Notes under the pieces: generated by a model
What the model was told of the DNA's origin: nothing
Seen by the model: only the letters and a program-made list of their open reading frames with translations
Database searches by the model: none
Translations under genes and position numbers: made by a program
Source: a virus
Lineage: Duplodnaviria > Heunggongvirae > Uroviricota > Caudoviricetes
Direction: 5' to 3' (one strand)
IMG/VR virus record: IMGVR_UViG_3300022822_000008
DNA length: 64,000 bases
Shown: positions 20,301-29,200 of the stretch, in pieces
How the letters are laid out: every line of letters begins with the position of its first letter
Numbering within the stretch: position 1 is the first letter of the stretch

Positions 20301-21182
20301 GTTGTAAGATTCGTGAATGCTGAATTTAGGTTTTACGATGTTGCATTAACGAGACGTGATGCTGGTAATTTGATTACGACACTTGCAAACGACTTTAGAG
20401 TAGATAATCCAGTCTTTAATACATTTGGTTCACAGAAGGCCACAAGAACGTTTGCTGCTGGTTTTTTTGGCTATGATGGTACTCATGTTTTCCCAGTGTT
20501 CAATCCTGAAAAATCAGGCCTTAAATTTATGGGAAGCGTAGAAGGTACTGGTGGTCTGCCAACGTCGGATCGAAAAGCAAATCACGCTTATATTGTAGTT
20601 GATGTTAATGGATTAAATACCAACTTCTATGATGGTTTAATATATTATTGGGATCAAGATCCTGCTGGCGATGGTTCGCAACCTGCAAACTGGGTCTTGG
20701 ATGGGCCAAACAACACCGAACTTCTTGAAGCGTTTTACCTATCATGGAAAAGAATGCAACAATTTATGGAAGAAAATTATCTTGGTAGTTTAACTGGGTC
20801 TCCTGACTCTGCAAGTATAAATATGTTATCGGGGTTAGTTGATGATGTTTTAGTTGCTGGATTATTGACTCCATCGCTATTGACATTCGGAAGTCTTGTT
20901 GAATCTATTGCTCACCAGTTTAACGGAGCATCTGCGGGTGTAAACAGAACTGCATTGCCTTTAAACTTTAGAAACATAGGTCAACCAATATCTGCATCAG
21001 CTTCAGTATTATCGGAAGATGGAGGACGGGTAAGATGGTCGGGTTCAGATGAATTAAACAACCAATACTTTGCTCGTGGGTTGAAAATAAACGGACGAAC
21101 AGGCCGAATTGAAGGTAGACCATTTACATCATCTGTACGAAAACTTGCAAGACGTGCTGCAAATAGCAGAGCAAATATATAA
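14358..21182 (+). CDS. giant virion structural protein (2274 aa): Ser/Asp/Thr-rich solenoid, pectin-lyase-like beta-helix region, and ten tandem helical C-x-R-D repeats
   Basis: YVSTSGDD.YPG....PVRTLKRA beta-helix cap motif; ten repeats of the form Y-x3-4-C-x-R-D-x-G-x3-D-A; located in the fibre module. Confidence 0.8.
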   Translation: MSKITELGPITGSNTRPEDLFVVVNLVQGDDGTKNITRRELVQAIQFEDFNRISITGGSIENVEISSSDFNDGTILNTSATNLEMTESVFDLGDITNSDFSSGQLDDVDGDDVRLVNSTVDDSTLDNVIVTNASVADSAISTSAIELSEFNNGIGILNEFTDTILDSGTIENFDIANTSFSEGTISNSSANDIILTNSKASNTEITDSTFSEGIIKSSELVDFDMNLENSFEPNLDENSYFALKNAKTGETEQITYKQFFDEISKTTESALTVYVSTSGDDTYPGTILQPVRTLKRAGEIALEKAGGSYDRNDINNAIHISVGPGTYYLRESVPIPDDCAITSSSGQYATVIEMEKGYEKTNGILVGSGCYVQGFGFQNFEIDNFDYPERGFAVAYRPGALLRRSPYMRDSSQLSNFKRADVEPPLQPFNSKGTVADLGNMLTLDGAYSGSFEVDDEVTFSSGAFGYISRIDELIADNVIYIRNLRGNVNAGDLILTNFGASGVVLELGEEDFPNKLVGRGGGVVLADRRQLDPDSLYSYFLCFGATPRTQNGMGYVARDGAGVNGIGSLSIFVRCAFYALNGGQMTLNNSGTQFGDISMRAKGSTEVYQPKTTNVEVVQNTTFADNIEANKDDIIDDLIEYLDKDLGYTGYSAEKCERDTGIIVNNLGYDIALDTNYWGRLNGISYRSPISYTVVNEQLTETTAAINHLETQITNIFQNADAEINSRSSRSFTEMLNVLNNGEGSASPIIFTDTGDIAKTAARTLIQDNKALIAGELIDWIENNENFFAYNSIKCRRDTTDYILPAVKYDVLLETNYNSITAGNAYYMATASKVIGSQKNETVGAYKRLKDQTNEVLDATGSFIAADRADDAFDNIINALEVGPTNEITFSDNVGINVDQLNARRQIQTNKIHIQDTVIDYINSTYFIYDSKTCARDVGDYILPAVQRDLLLGTNFNAIQSGVAYYAATANQVITEELPQTIAAVTELKSLVGTIVAADTPSLNRTDASFDELIDIMTNGTTAADAITWSDPALISVTVNGQFARERLQTNRLFIQQENIAWLEDNYPELVYDSALCQRDVGYVIDAISKDLEYSGNANTVKAIEYYFTNAINILPADQRDPTKESFRHLATVVQDVIVNTTVVPVSAISESQDLGGTPSAGAVSIDASNLVLLIANTVDDTDLVLPTLVNNIADSNRTFARKILQNNKSFLQEEVIKYLEDRFFTFNGEKCSRDIGHILDAVKRDMLTGSNFNSIFAGLAYRSGTVGSNLVIDEQLTETANAIEFVRDNVTSTITDLSARTRATNAFNELIQIMTLGSSNADLIQYGTSSVSGNSLNGQTQLQRNKEFLQAEAIAFITQTYPSLSYDSAKCSRDVGYLIDSVSFDIQHGSNTASIKNAIIYFENAVSVLPLDQRAPTAATFAHIASVANLVVQETIVSPTSGNSVVQDTAAGSAGAVIGTQVELLVNIVSDAVTAGDLNSLPSVIEPSAVYDANYVNAVSEINAITESQKTDVITYISNNFNGLAYDEAKCRRDVGFIVDALSHDVQYNGNATILNSARIYFKNGLNVLPLTQREPTKLALTRLAKVASEVVFNVTVDVSKGNEVAQDISEIATNPDIAKITKDLALIVANITDDATDINLPIRIDPAVTWVSPNYIENKELIEDDVSSLIQSVIDYIATSQNGLSYPENRCRRDLGFIIDAVSHDVQYDGNTATKIVSQIYFENGISVLPQATITQTADIYAYLGGVLSDVIVEDNVGQDVSGTPGTATESSTVISLVQIIENVIRANSLAAIPATVEPTTAWIDADLVTATNAIDTNTTELADDMIEWINTEYKVLDYDKDKCARDSIYLIDAFSFDLNYGGNTASRWNADFYFWNNILRIPEGQREATALSYRQLGKICADVVIGKNANQTTNSELATLVESVKVQDLANIFYETLINSDVKKLSLLEEPDYTWQENQFIGPKTILDARKSALAEEVVRFVNAEFRFYDVALTRRDAGNLITTLANDFRVDNPVFNTFGSQKATRTFAAGFFGYDGTHVFPVFNPEKSGLKFMGSVEGTGGLPTSDRKANHAYIVVDVNGLNTNFYDGLIYYWDQDPAGDGSQPANWVLDGPNNTELLEAFYLSWKRMQQFMEENYLGSLTGSPDSASINMLSGLVDDVLVAGLLTPSLLTFGSLVESIAHQFNGASAGVNRTALPLNFRNIGQPISASASVLSEDGGRVRWSGSDELNNQYFARGLKINGRTGRIEGRPFTSSVRKLARRAANSRANI
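16220..20860 (+). repeat. ten tandem 139-161 aa helical protein repeats with a C-x-R-D motif (phycobiliprotein-like)
   Basis: Cys codons at 16326, 16743, 17160, 17589, 18054, 18474, 18954, 19437 and 19896; the tenth copy has Thr at 20349. Confidence 0.9.
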
Positions 21183-21199
21183 CACAAGGTTAAAATAAA

Positions 21200-21637
21200 A
21201 TGCCACAACCAATTATAATTACTACTTCACAGGCGCCTGACGCGAAACCAGTCGTCGCAAATGTGATGGTGACTACAACAGAAAAAGTATTAATATCAGT
21301 CCCACAATATGAAGTACCAGAATTAGTCTTTGGCGGTTCTACAGTGATTGAAGATGGCGTCGGTGAAGTTATAAGCCCACTTATATTATGCAATGTTACC
21401 GCAGCAACAGCAACTGTTGATGTTCGAGCAGAAAGATGGATTTCAAACGGATTCGGCAATACTAGTTTCTACTTCGTAAGACAACTTAAAATACCAGCAT
21501 ATGAAACATTAGCATTACCGCTAAACGGTCAATTTTTCAAATCAGGAGATGAGTTGAGGATAAGTTGCAATACAGATTTTGCAATTAATGCTACAATTTC
21601 ATTCACGTTAGGTCAGTCGGAGGAAAATGATGTTTAA
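21200..21637 (+). CDS. 145-aa beta-rich structural/adaptor protein
   Basis: Lies between two giant fibre genes and its stop overlaps the next start; paralogous to the C-terminal domain of 54301..56655. Confidence 0.75.
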   Translation: MPQPIIITTSQAPDAKPVVANVMVTTTEKVLISVPQYEVPELVFGGSTVIEDGVGEVISPLILCNVTAATATVDVRAERWISNGFGNTSFYFVRQLKIPAYETLALPLNGQFFKSGDELRISCNTDFAINATISFTLGQSEENDV

Positions 21638-24600
21638 AACCTTAAGTGGTAAAAGCACAACCTTAGGACACGGTATACCTCAGGTATTTCCCATTCAATT
21701 GGATCCATCGCCATATGAAGGTGCTTTGGTCTATGCCGACGACGGGACACTAAAATATTCGAATGGTACTTCTTGGGTTGATATAAGTGGAAATGGCTCA
21801 GGAGGCGGTGCTGGAGTACAAGGAATACAAGGTGTTGAAGGTGTGCAAGGTGGTTATGGAGCTGGATTTACTATAATTGGTTCTTTATCTGATGTGAATG
21901 CAGGTGGTACTGCTCAATCAAACCTGAATAGTGCTTTTCCTAGTGCTGAATTAGGTGAAGGCGTCATCGATGATCTACTAGATGAATTGTGGATTTATGA
22001 CGGTTCTGTTTGGGTTAATATTGGTAGCTTTCGTGGCGTTCAAGGTGTTCAAGGTGTTCAAGGTCTGCAGGGGGTTCAAGGTGTAACTGGTTTCACAGGT
22101 ATTCAAGGTGAACGTGGTGTTATAGGATTCCAAGGCATCCAAGGCGTTCGAGGTTCTCAAGGCATTCAAGGTGATTTAGGATTTCAAGGTACTCAAGGAA
22201 CTAAAGGAACTCAAGGAGTACAAGGATTCATAGGACTTCAAGGTGATTTTGGTTTGCAAGGCTTTATAGGAGTCAATGCTGGAATTTCAGTATCTTATAA
22301 TTTCAACACTTCATCGATTGCAGACACAGATCCAGGCGACGGATCGTTCCACTTCAATAGATCATTTTCCGAAGCTACAAACGGTAATGATGGTGCTTGG
22401 ACTATTCATATAGACGATCTTGATAATGCAAATAATGATATGCAAAAGTTATTTAGAGCATTAAATGCATCGACTAGTCTTAATAAAGGTTATGTCAAAT
22501 TTACATCAACCCAAAATCCAACAATATTTGCAATTTTCTCGTTTCAAGGTATCACTGAAGAACTTGGCTATTTTACTTTCAATGCTGAATATATCGAACA
22601 TAATACAACAGAACCATATTTTACAAACAATCCTAATAACTGGGTAGTCTCATTTGTTGAAAGTGGAGACCAAGGAATTCAAGGCGTCCAAGGTGTTCAA
22701 GGAACTACAGGTGTACAGGGAACTCAAGGCGTCCAAGGAACTCAAGGAGTTCAAGGCGTTCAAGGCATTCAAGGACCTCAAGGTGTACAGGGTAATCAAG
22801 GAGTTCAAGGTGTTCAGGGATCTCAAGGTGTACAGGGTAATCAAGGCGTTCAAGGCGATTTTGGTGTTCAGGGCGTTCAAGGTGTTCAGGGAGTTCAGGG
22901 TGTCCAAGGTGAGATTGGAGTTCAAGGTGATTTTGGAATTCAGGGCGTTCAAGGTGTTCAGGGTGTCCAAGGTGTTCAAGGTGAGATTGGCATTCAAGGA
23001 GATTTCGGTGTTCAAGGAATTCAAGGTGTTCAAGGAATACAGGGTGCTCAAGGTGTGCAAGGTATCCAAGGAGATTTCGGCGTTCAAGGCGTTCAAGGTG
23101 TTCAAGGAAATCAAGGTACCCAAGGAATTCAAGGCGTTCAAGGCCAAAGAGGTACAGACGGCGGCGCGCGTAACTACGAAGTAACTAACGATCTTTCGGA
23201 TTCATATATCATCGACGGCGTTTCTAATAATCCAAATGTAAGATTATTAAGAGGTTTTGCTTATCAGTTTACTGTAAATGCAATAGGACATCCATTCTTT
23301 ATAAAAACTAACACATCATCTGGAACAAACAATCAATATAATGATGGCGTTACTAATAACGGTGAAGATTCAGGTGTAATATTATTTGAAGTTCCTATTG
23401 ATGCACCAGACTTTTTATATTATAATTGTTCTAATCACTCATCAATGAACGGTATTATTGAAATTTATGATTTGGGTCCTCAAGGTGTTCAAGGAATTCA
23501 AGGCACCCAAGGAGTTCAAGGTGATTTAGGATTGACAGGCTCCTTTGGTGGTGTTTCATTTAATTATATATACAGTTCATCTACTGTAGCTAGTGATCCA
23601 GGCGTAGGTAATTTTAGATTAAATAACATAAACTTTTCAAGTGCTACTACGATGTTTATAGATGATCGTGATGTTGGATTTGTAGACCTCCAATCATTTT
23701 TCAGAACATTGGATGATTCGTCAAGTACAGTAAAAGGTCATGTAAAAATAACCGAAAACGGAAATCCTGCTAATTTTTCATTATTTGAAATGACAGGTTC
23801 TTTAGAATCTAGCGGTTTCTTTATATTCGACATATCATATTTGAGCGGTGATACTTCCTTAAGTAATGGATTAGACACTATAATAACATTTTCCAGAACT
23901 GGGGATATCGGATTACAGGGTATTCAAGGAGTTCAAGGCGTACAAGGTGTCCAAGGCATTCAAGGCGATTTTGGATTGCAAGGTTCAACTGGTGCTGGAT
24001 TACAAGGTGTTCAAGGTGTTCAAGGTATTGAAGGTAACGGAATACAAGGTCCAAACGGCCCACAAGGAATACAAGGCGTTCAAGGAGAAATAGGAGTACA
24101 AGGAGATGAGGGCTTTGGTGTTCAAGGTCCTGCAGGTGCTGGATTTCAAGGCGTTCAGGGTGTTCAAGGTGATTTAGGCGGTGCTGGATTACAAGGTGAT
24201 GTAGGTGGTGCCGGAATTCAAGGCGTTCAAGGCGTTCAAGGTGATTTTGGTATTCAAGGTGATATTGGTATTCAAGGTGTCGATGGAGCAGAAGGTTTTG
24301 GACAACCTGGCATACAAGGAACTCAAGGGACTCAAGGTGTGCAGGGTGATGAAGGACTTCAAGGAGAAATTGGTACCGGACTGCAAGGCGTAGAAGGCAT
24401 TCAAGGTGATTTAGGATTTCAAGGTGTTCAAGGAGCGCAGGGTTTCGGAGGTGATGCTGGCGGCCAAGGTATTCAAGGCGATTTCGGTGTCCAAGGTATT
24501 CAAGGTATTCAAGGTCAAATTGGAGCTGTTTCCGCTCAAGGTATTCAAGGCGTTCAAGGTGGATTTGGTTTACAAGGTTCTGATGGTGTTGGTGAACAAG

Positions 24601-25829
24601 GCATACAAGGAAGTATAGGTACCCAAGGCATTCAAGGAAATGTCGGCGCTGGCGAAAACGGTATTCAAGGTGTGCAAGGTGTACAAGGTGATATTGGTGT
24701 ACAAGGTGATATTGGTATCGGTGAAGGTGGAATTCAAGGAGCTCAGGGGGTTCAGGGAACTTTCGGAATACAAGGAGATACTGGAGAAGGAAATCAAGGT
24801 GTGCAAGGTGTGCAAGGTGAGATTGGAATACAAGGTCAAGAAGGATTTCAAGGCATACAAGGAATTTCAGGTCCTGATGGATTCCAAGGTACATCAGGCG
24901 CAGATGCATTTCAAGGTGTGCAAGGTACAATAGGATTTCAAGGTGTTCAGGGTACAATCGGAGAATCAATACAAGGTAATACAGGCGCAGGCATTCAAGG
25001 TGTGCAAGGCGTTCAAGGTGTTCAAGGAGATTTAGGATTTCAAGGTACAGCTGGTGATGCAGGTACTGCTGAGGGTGTTGAGTGGATTAACTTATATGAG
25101 ACTGGAATACAAGCTACTGAGTTACTAGTTCCTATAATCGACGGCAATCAAACAATTTCTCCTATATATGGAACAGGAGGACCTAACCCATTTGGTTCTG
25201 GATTTAAAAACTTAACGTTTGAACCTAGTCTTAGTAGAATGACTATGGAAAATCTTACCTTGGGCGGAAATTTAGTAGTTGAACCTGGAGGTACCATAAC
25301 AGGAACGCTGGTGAATGAATTTATTAATGCAACAAACACATCTATTAAGACTGCAGGCACAATAAGACTTAATGATGGCGTTTCATTATATTTCGGTAAC
25401 GGACAGGATGGACAAATACGAAGTGATGGTGTAAATTTACTTGTGAATAATCCGGTCGGAAGTGATACTTTGTTTACCGAAAATGGTTCTGTTAAATACA
25501 CGTTTGAAATGAGTAATGGTGATTTCACAGCTGCGGGTGATGTAACTTCAAATTCTGATTTAAGATTAAAAACAAATATTATTGATATAGATAAGGCACT
25601 GGAACAAGTACTGAAAATGCGCGGCGTTTATTATACTATGAAATCAAATCCGTCGAACAGAAAAATAGGATTGATTGCTCAAGAAGTAGAAAATATTGTA
25701 CCAGAACTTGTCATTGAAGATAATTCTGATGAAAAAATTAAGAGTGTTGCATATGGAAACATAACTGCATTATTAATTGAAGCGATAAAAGAACTTCAAG
25801 GACAAATAGATGATTTGAAAGGAGGTTAA
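21627..25829 (+). CDS. collagen-like (Gly-X-Gln) fibre protein with cupredoxin-like domain and S74 chaperone
   Basis: Long (G-X-Q)n tracts; GHPF...[13 protein letters not shown] domain; SDLRLKTNI...GLIAQEVE...[10 protein letters not shown]74 signature; GGAGG RBS. Confidence 0.88.
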   Translation: MMFKTLSGKSTTLGHGIPQVFPIQLDPSPYEGALVYADDGTLKYSNGTSWVDISGNGSGGGAGVQGIQGVEGVQGGYGAGFTIIGSLSDVNAGGTAQSNLNSAFPSAELGEGVIDDLLDELWIYDGSVWVNIGSFRGVQGVQGVQGLQGVQGVTGFTGIQGERGVIGFQGIQGVRGSQGIQGDLGFQGTQGTKGTQGVQGFIGLQGDFGLQGFIGVNAGISVSYNFNTSSIADTDPGDGSFHFNRSFSEATNGNDGAWTIHIDDLDNANNDMQKLFRALNASTSLNKGYVKFTSTQNPTIFAIFSFQGITEELGYFTFNAEYIEHNTTEPYFTNNPNNWVVSFVESGDQGIQGVQGVQGTTGVQGTQGVQGTQGVQGVQGIQGPQGVQGNQGVQGVQGSQGVQGNQGVQGDFGVQGVQGVQGVQGVQGEIGVQGDFGIQGVQGVQGVQGVQGEIGIQGDFGVQGIQGVQGIQGAQGVQGIQGDFGVQGVQGVQGNQGTQGIQGVQGQRGTDGGARNYEVTNDLSDSYIIDGVSNNPNVRLLRGFAYQFTVNAIGHPFFIKTNTSSGTNNQYNDGVTNNGEDSGVILFEVPIDAPDFLYYNCSNHSSMNGIIEIYDLGPQGVQGIQGTQGVQGDLGLTGSFGGVSFNYIYSSSTVASDPGVGNFRLNNINFSSATTMFIDDRDVGFVDLQSFFRTLDDSSSTVKGHVKITENGNPANFSLFEMTGSLESSGFFIFDISYLSGDTSLSNGLDTIITFSRTGDIGLQGIQGVQGVQGVQGIQGDFGLQGSTGAGLQGVQGVQGIEGNGIQGPNGPQGIQGVQGEIGVQGDEGFGVQGPAGAGFQGVQGVQGDLGGAGLQGDVGGAGIQGVQGVQGDFGIQGDIGIQGVDGAEGFGQPGIQGTQGTQGVQGDEGLQGEIGTGLQGVEGIQGDLGFQGVQGAQGFGGDAGGQGIQGDFGVQGIQGIQGQIGAVSAQGIQGVQGGFGLQGSDGVGEQGIQGSIGTQGIQGNVGAGENGIQGVQGVQGDIGVQGDIGIGEGGIQGAQGVQGTFGIQGDTGEGNQGVQGVQGEIGIQGQEGFQGIQGISGPDGFQGTSGADAFQGVQGTIGFQGVQGTIGESIQGNTGAGIQGVQGVQGVQGDLGFQGTAGDAGTAEGVEWINLYETGIQATELLVPIIDGNQTISPIYGTGGPNPFGSGFKNLTFEPSLSRMTMENLTLGGNLVVEPGGTITGTLVNEFINATNTSIKTAGTIRLNDGVSLYFGNGQDGQIRSDGVNLLVNNPVGSDTLFTENGSVKYTFEMSNGDFTAAGDVTSNSDLRLKTNIIDIDKALEQVLKMRGVYYTMKSNPSNRKIGLIAQEVENIVPELVIEDNSDEKIKSVAYGNITALLIEAIKELQGQIDDLKGG
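22034..25070 (+). repeat. coding 9-bp periodic repeats (CAAGGN-NNN) of collagen triplets, in four blocks
   Basis: Blocks at about 22034-22270, 22668-23160, 23474-23545 and 23900-25070, separated by globular domains. Confidence 0.92.
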
Positions 25830-25852
25830 AGAATTACTATATGTCCATGTAT

Positions 25853-25860
25853 TATAAATA
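25853..25860 (+). promoter_or_regulatory. T4-type late promoter TATAAATA
   Basis: Exact consensus in the intergenic gap 23 nt before the next start codon. Confidence 0.8.
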
Positions 25861-25883
25861 GTTAAAAAATAGAGAGACAAATA

Positions 25884-26213
25884 ATGTCATCAAGAGCAAA
25901 TATATACATGGACAGAGGTACGGATTTCAGAGTTAGTCTCGATCTATTCGATTCTATGGATGAAAATTTGGGCATAACAACTTACAATTTCTTTGCAAGT
26001 TTACGCAAAGTGTATTCATCAAGTAACCTAGCTGATTTCTCAGTAGAAAAGGCCGTTTCAACTATAACAATAGTATTGAGTGATCAACAAACTTTAGCTT
26101 TAAAACCTGGAAAATATCAGTATGATGTTATCATGCAAAAGCAAACAGGTGAGCTAGTAAAAATAGTCGAAGGATTGGCAATTGTAGTAGATACAATGAC
26201 AGTGGTAACGTAA
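25884..26213 (+). CDS. 109-aa Ig-like fibre adaptor/structural protein
   Basis: ANIYMDRGTDF...LKPGKYQYDV...KIVEG motif typical of small BppU-like proteins that precede fibre genes. Confidence 0.7.
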   Translation: MSSRANIYMDRGTDFRVSLDLFDSMDENLGITTYNFFASLRKVYSSSNLADFSVEKAVSTITIVLSDQQTLALKPGKYQYDVIMQKQTGELVKIVEGLAIVVDTMTVVT

Positions 26214-29200
26214 ATGTCTGATGATATAATCATTAGAGATCCTAATGTCATCCATGTTGACGTACCAACTATACGCGGTATAAAAGTTAATGTTGGCTCG
26301 TCAACTCAAATAAGATCGGTTCCTCTTCAAGAGACGAATCGCTCTATTGTAGCACCTGGAGAACAGAAACCGACTATAGTACCTGATTCTGTTGTCTTGG
26401 GAATAGACACAATTGGTCATTATGTTGAGACTTTAAATGTAGGTGATGGTTTAATCCTTTCAGGAAATAACGCTACAGAATCTGCAAACCTTACAATTTC
26501 ACATGCAAATACAAGTACAGAGATTAGTACTAGTAATGATATATTTGGTGTATTGGGAAATGTATCAATAGATAAATTCGGACATGTTACTGAATTTGAA
26601 AATAGACAATTCGATACAGACAACTTCACAGCAAACTCCACTATAATTTCTACCCAAGATTTTACATTCGGAACAACAAGTCTTACACTAGGTGAGTCAT
26701 CAGCAAATATCGAAGGCCTTGTTTTCGTAGAGACTAATATTCTTAATGCCGATTATATTAACTTATCAAATGGTATCTCATCAGCAAATAATAACCTCAT
26801 TATAACATCTGATATAGTAACAATGAATGGTTCTGGTGCTTTAATTGTGCCGAGTGGAGACGTGACAGAAAGGCCTTCTTTATTGATTGAAGGTATGATT
26901 CGATTTAATACAACAGATCAACGTTTTGAAGGTTATAATGCAATTGATTGGACTGGTTTGGGTGGAGTTTCAGATGTCAATCAAGATACGTTTATTAGGG
27001 CAGAGAATCCAAGTGGATCAAACAATGACGAATTGGAGTTCTTCACAAACGGTGTTAGAAGGTTATTAATTGGATCAAATGGCGATATGTCATTTGGATC
27101 ATTATCATCGAATTTATATCTCTATTATAACACAGGCCAAGTAAATGTCAATGGTTTTCTTACAGTAAATGAAATTAAATTACAAGATGATCAAATAAGT
27201 GCAAACAATAATTTACAATTAAATGCCGTAAATGACTTTAGTATTACTTCAAACGGGTTTAGTTCAATTGCATCTGATGGAGATTTTACTCTTCTCGCAG
27301 ATGGTGAAATACTAATATATTCAGATGTCATCAATATTGAGTCTGGCGGCCCGTTAACATTTACAGCAAATGGTTCAATAATATTAGATGGCGATGGAAT
27401 AAGTGCCAGTTCTTCAACAATCTCAGATGTCTTAAATCCGGTTTTGCCTCAAGATGCAGTCACTCTAGATTATTTGGAAAATATATTCACTTTTGAGATT
27501 GATGTTGAATATGGCGCGAATACCAAACCGTTAACTTTATCTTCAGCTTCAAATCCTAAGATATTCGCTGGAACTGGTATTAATGCTGATGTAGCAAACA
27601 ACACATTAAACCTATCAATAAACGATACTGGCGTAACTCCAGATATCTATGGTAACGACGGATTTGTGCCTAGAATTAGGATCGGGTCAGACGGCAGAGT
27701 TACTTTTGCAACTGAAGTTCCAATTGAATTGCAGGCAAATGCAATTGTTGATTTCACAGAGACTCTATATGATCTAGTCGGAGAAATGTTTGTAGGTAAT
27801 ATCGAAGAAGGCATCCACGTCTTTGAAAGTGACGCTTTAAATACTATAAATCTTCGCGTAGATAATTTTTCGGTCGACCTTACTGGTGATATTGAAGGTA
27901 GTGCCACTGTAGTAAGAGCATCAAATACTACTATCGAGACTGCGATAACTGTCGATTATTTGGAAAGCATTAGTGCTGGTCTTGGTGTCAATGTTGATTT
28001 CACCTCTGGTATCGCATCTACTGCTGAAATTAGTCATGCGAATACTTCTGACGTTGCTAATACTTCAAATTCAAGTGGTGAGGTTGTTTCGAATCTCACG
28101 TTTGATGAGTTCGGGCATGTAATAAACACCACCACTGAAGACCTCAATAGTTTATTCTTGGGTCTGGGTGGCGGTACCTTAACCGGCGACTTATTAGCAC
28201 CTAGATTTGTCGACTCAAACAACACTGCATATTATATGGATCCTGCAGGTGCATCAAGAATTAACAGTCTGGTCTTAGGTTTCAATAATGACTTTGCAAG
28301 ACTTGAAATGCGAGACGGTATTGCTACAACATCTGTTATGTTCTCTCAGAACGGCAGAATTGGATTCTTAGGTTCTGATTTTAATTTTGCATCATATTCT
28401 GAAAGAGCTACCAACAATTGGGTCGTAAGGAATGACGTAAAGGCTTCAAGATTTGTTGATAGAAATGATGAAAACTATTTTATCAATCCTGCAGGTACTG
28501 ATTCGATATTATCAGGATTGAATGTAGAAAATTTCATTACAGTTGGTAATGATCTTAGTTTTGCCAATAATACTATATCTGCATCAACTATAATTTTTGA
28601 TTCTAATAATGATATTATAGATGCTGGTGGATCTAGAATATTAAATGTATTGACTCCTACACAAAATACTAATGCAGCAAATAAACTCTATGTTGATGAT
28701 GCCATAACCTCAACAGTGAATAATTTTACTGGCGGAAATGGCTTATCTTACGATGCAAATACAACAACCTTTGACGTTAACGTAGATGGAACTTCTATTG
28801 AGATTGTCAATGATATATTAAGCGTAATTGACGGCCCAGGCTCAAATCTCAATGCAGATTTACTTGACAGTCAACATGGTATCTATTATCTTAATTATGA
28901 TAATTTTGCGAATACTCCCAATATATTGGATGCAAATAATGTCACTGATATAATTACCAGTACCTCTATTGATGCGGATTTATTAAACGGCGAAAATGGT
29001 AGTTTTTATCTTGACTTTAATAATTTAACAAATGTACCAGCTGTCGATTCAACTGAAATAAATGCAACCTTAACAGGAAAGGTAACTGGTTCAGGCGTAT
29101 CAGCTAATAATGTTTTAACAATAACAACGGAACTAGAAAATACAGGCGTTACTTCAGGAATTTATGGTTCTGCATCTCAAGTACCTATAATTACTATTGA

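Noticed and set aside
14358-21182. Calling the phage a cyanophage because of the phycobiliprotein-like repeats
   Set aside because: The window has no photosynthesis or bilin genes, and dsbA and the DivK-like receiver fit a proteobacterial host at least as well; the host remains undetermined.
22668-23160. Short repeats that could be mistaken for a CRISPR array or satellite
   Set aside because: They are in-frame Gly-X-Gln codons with variable third positions; there are no unique spacers and no cas genes.
21978-24969. Long alternative-frame and antisense ORFs (e.g. 23878..24969 minus, 22650..23147 minus, 22654..23184 plus)
   Set aside because: They are shadows of the 9-bp collagen periodicity, which lacks stops in other frames; the translations are low-complexity and have no RBS.
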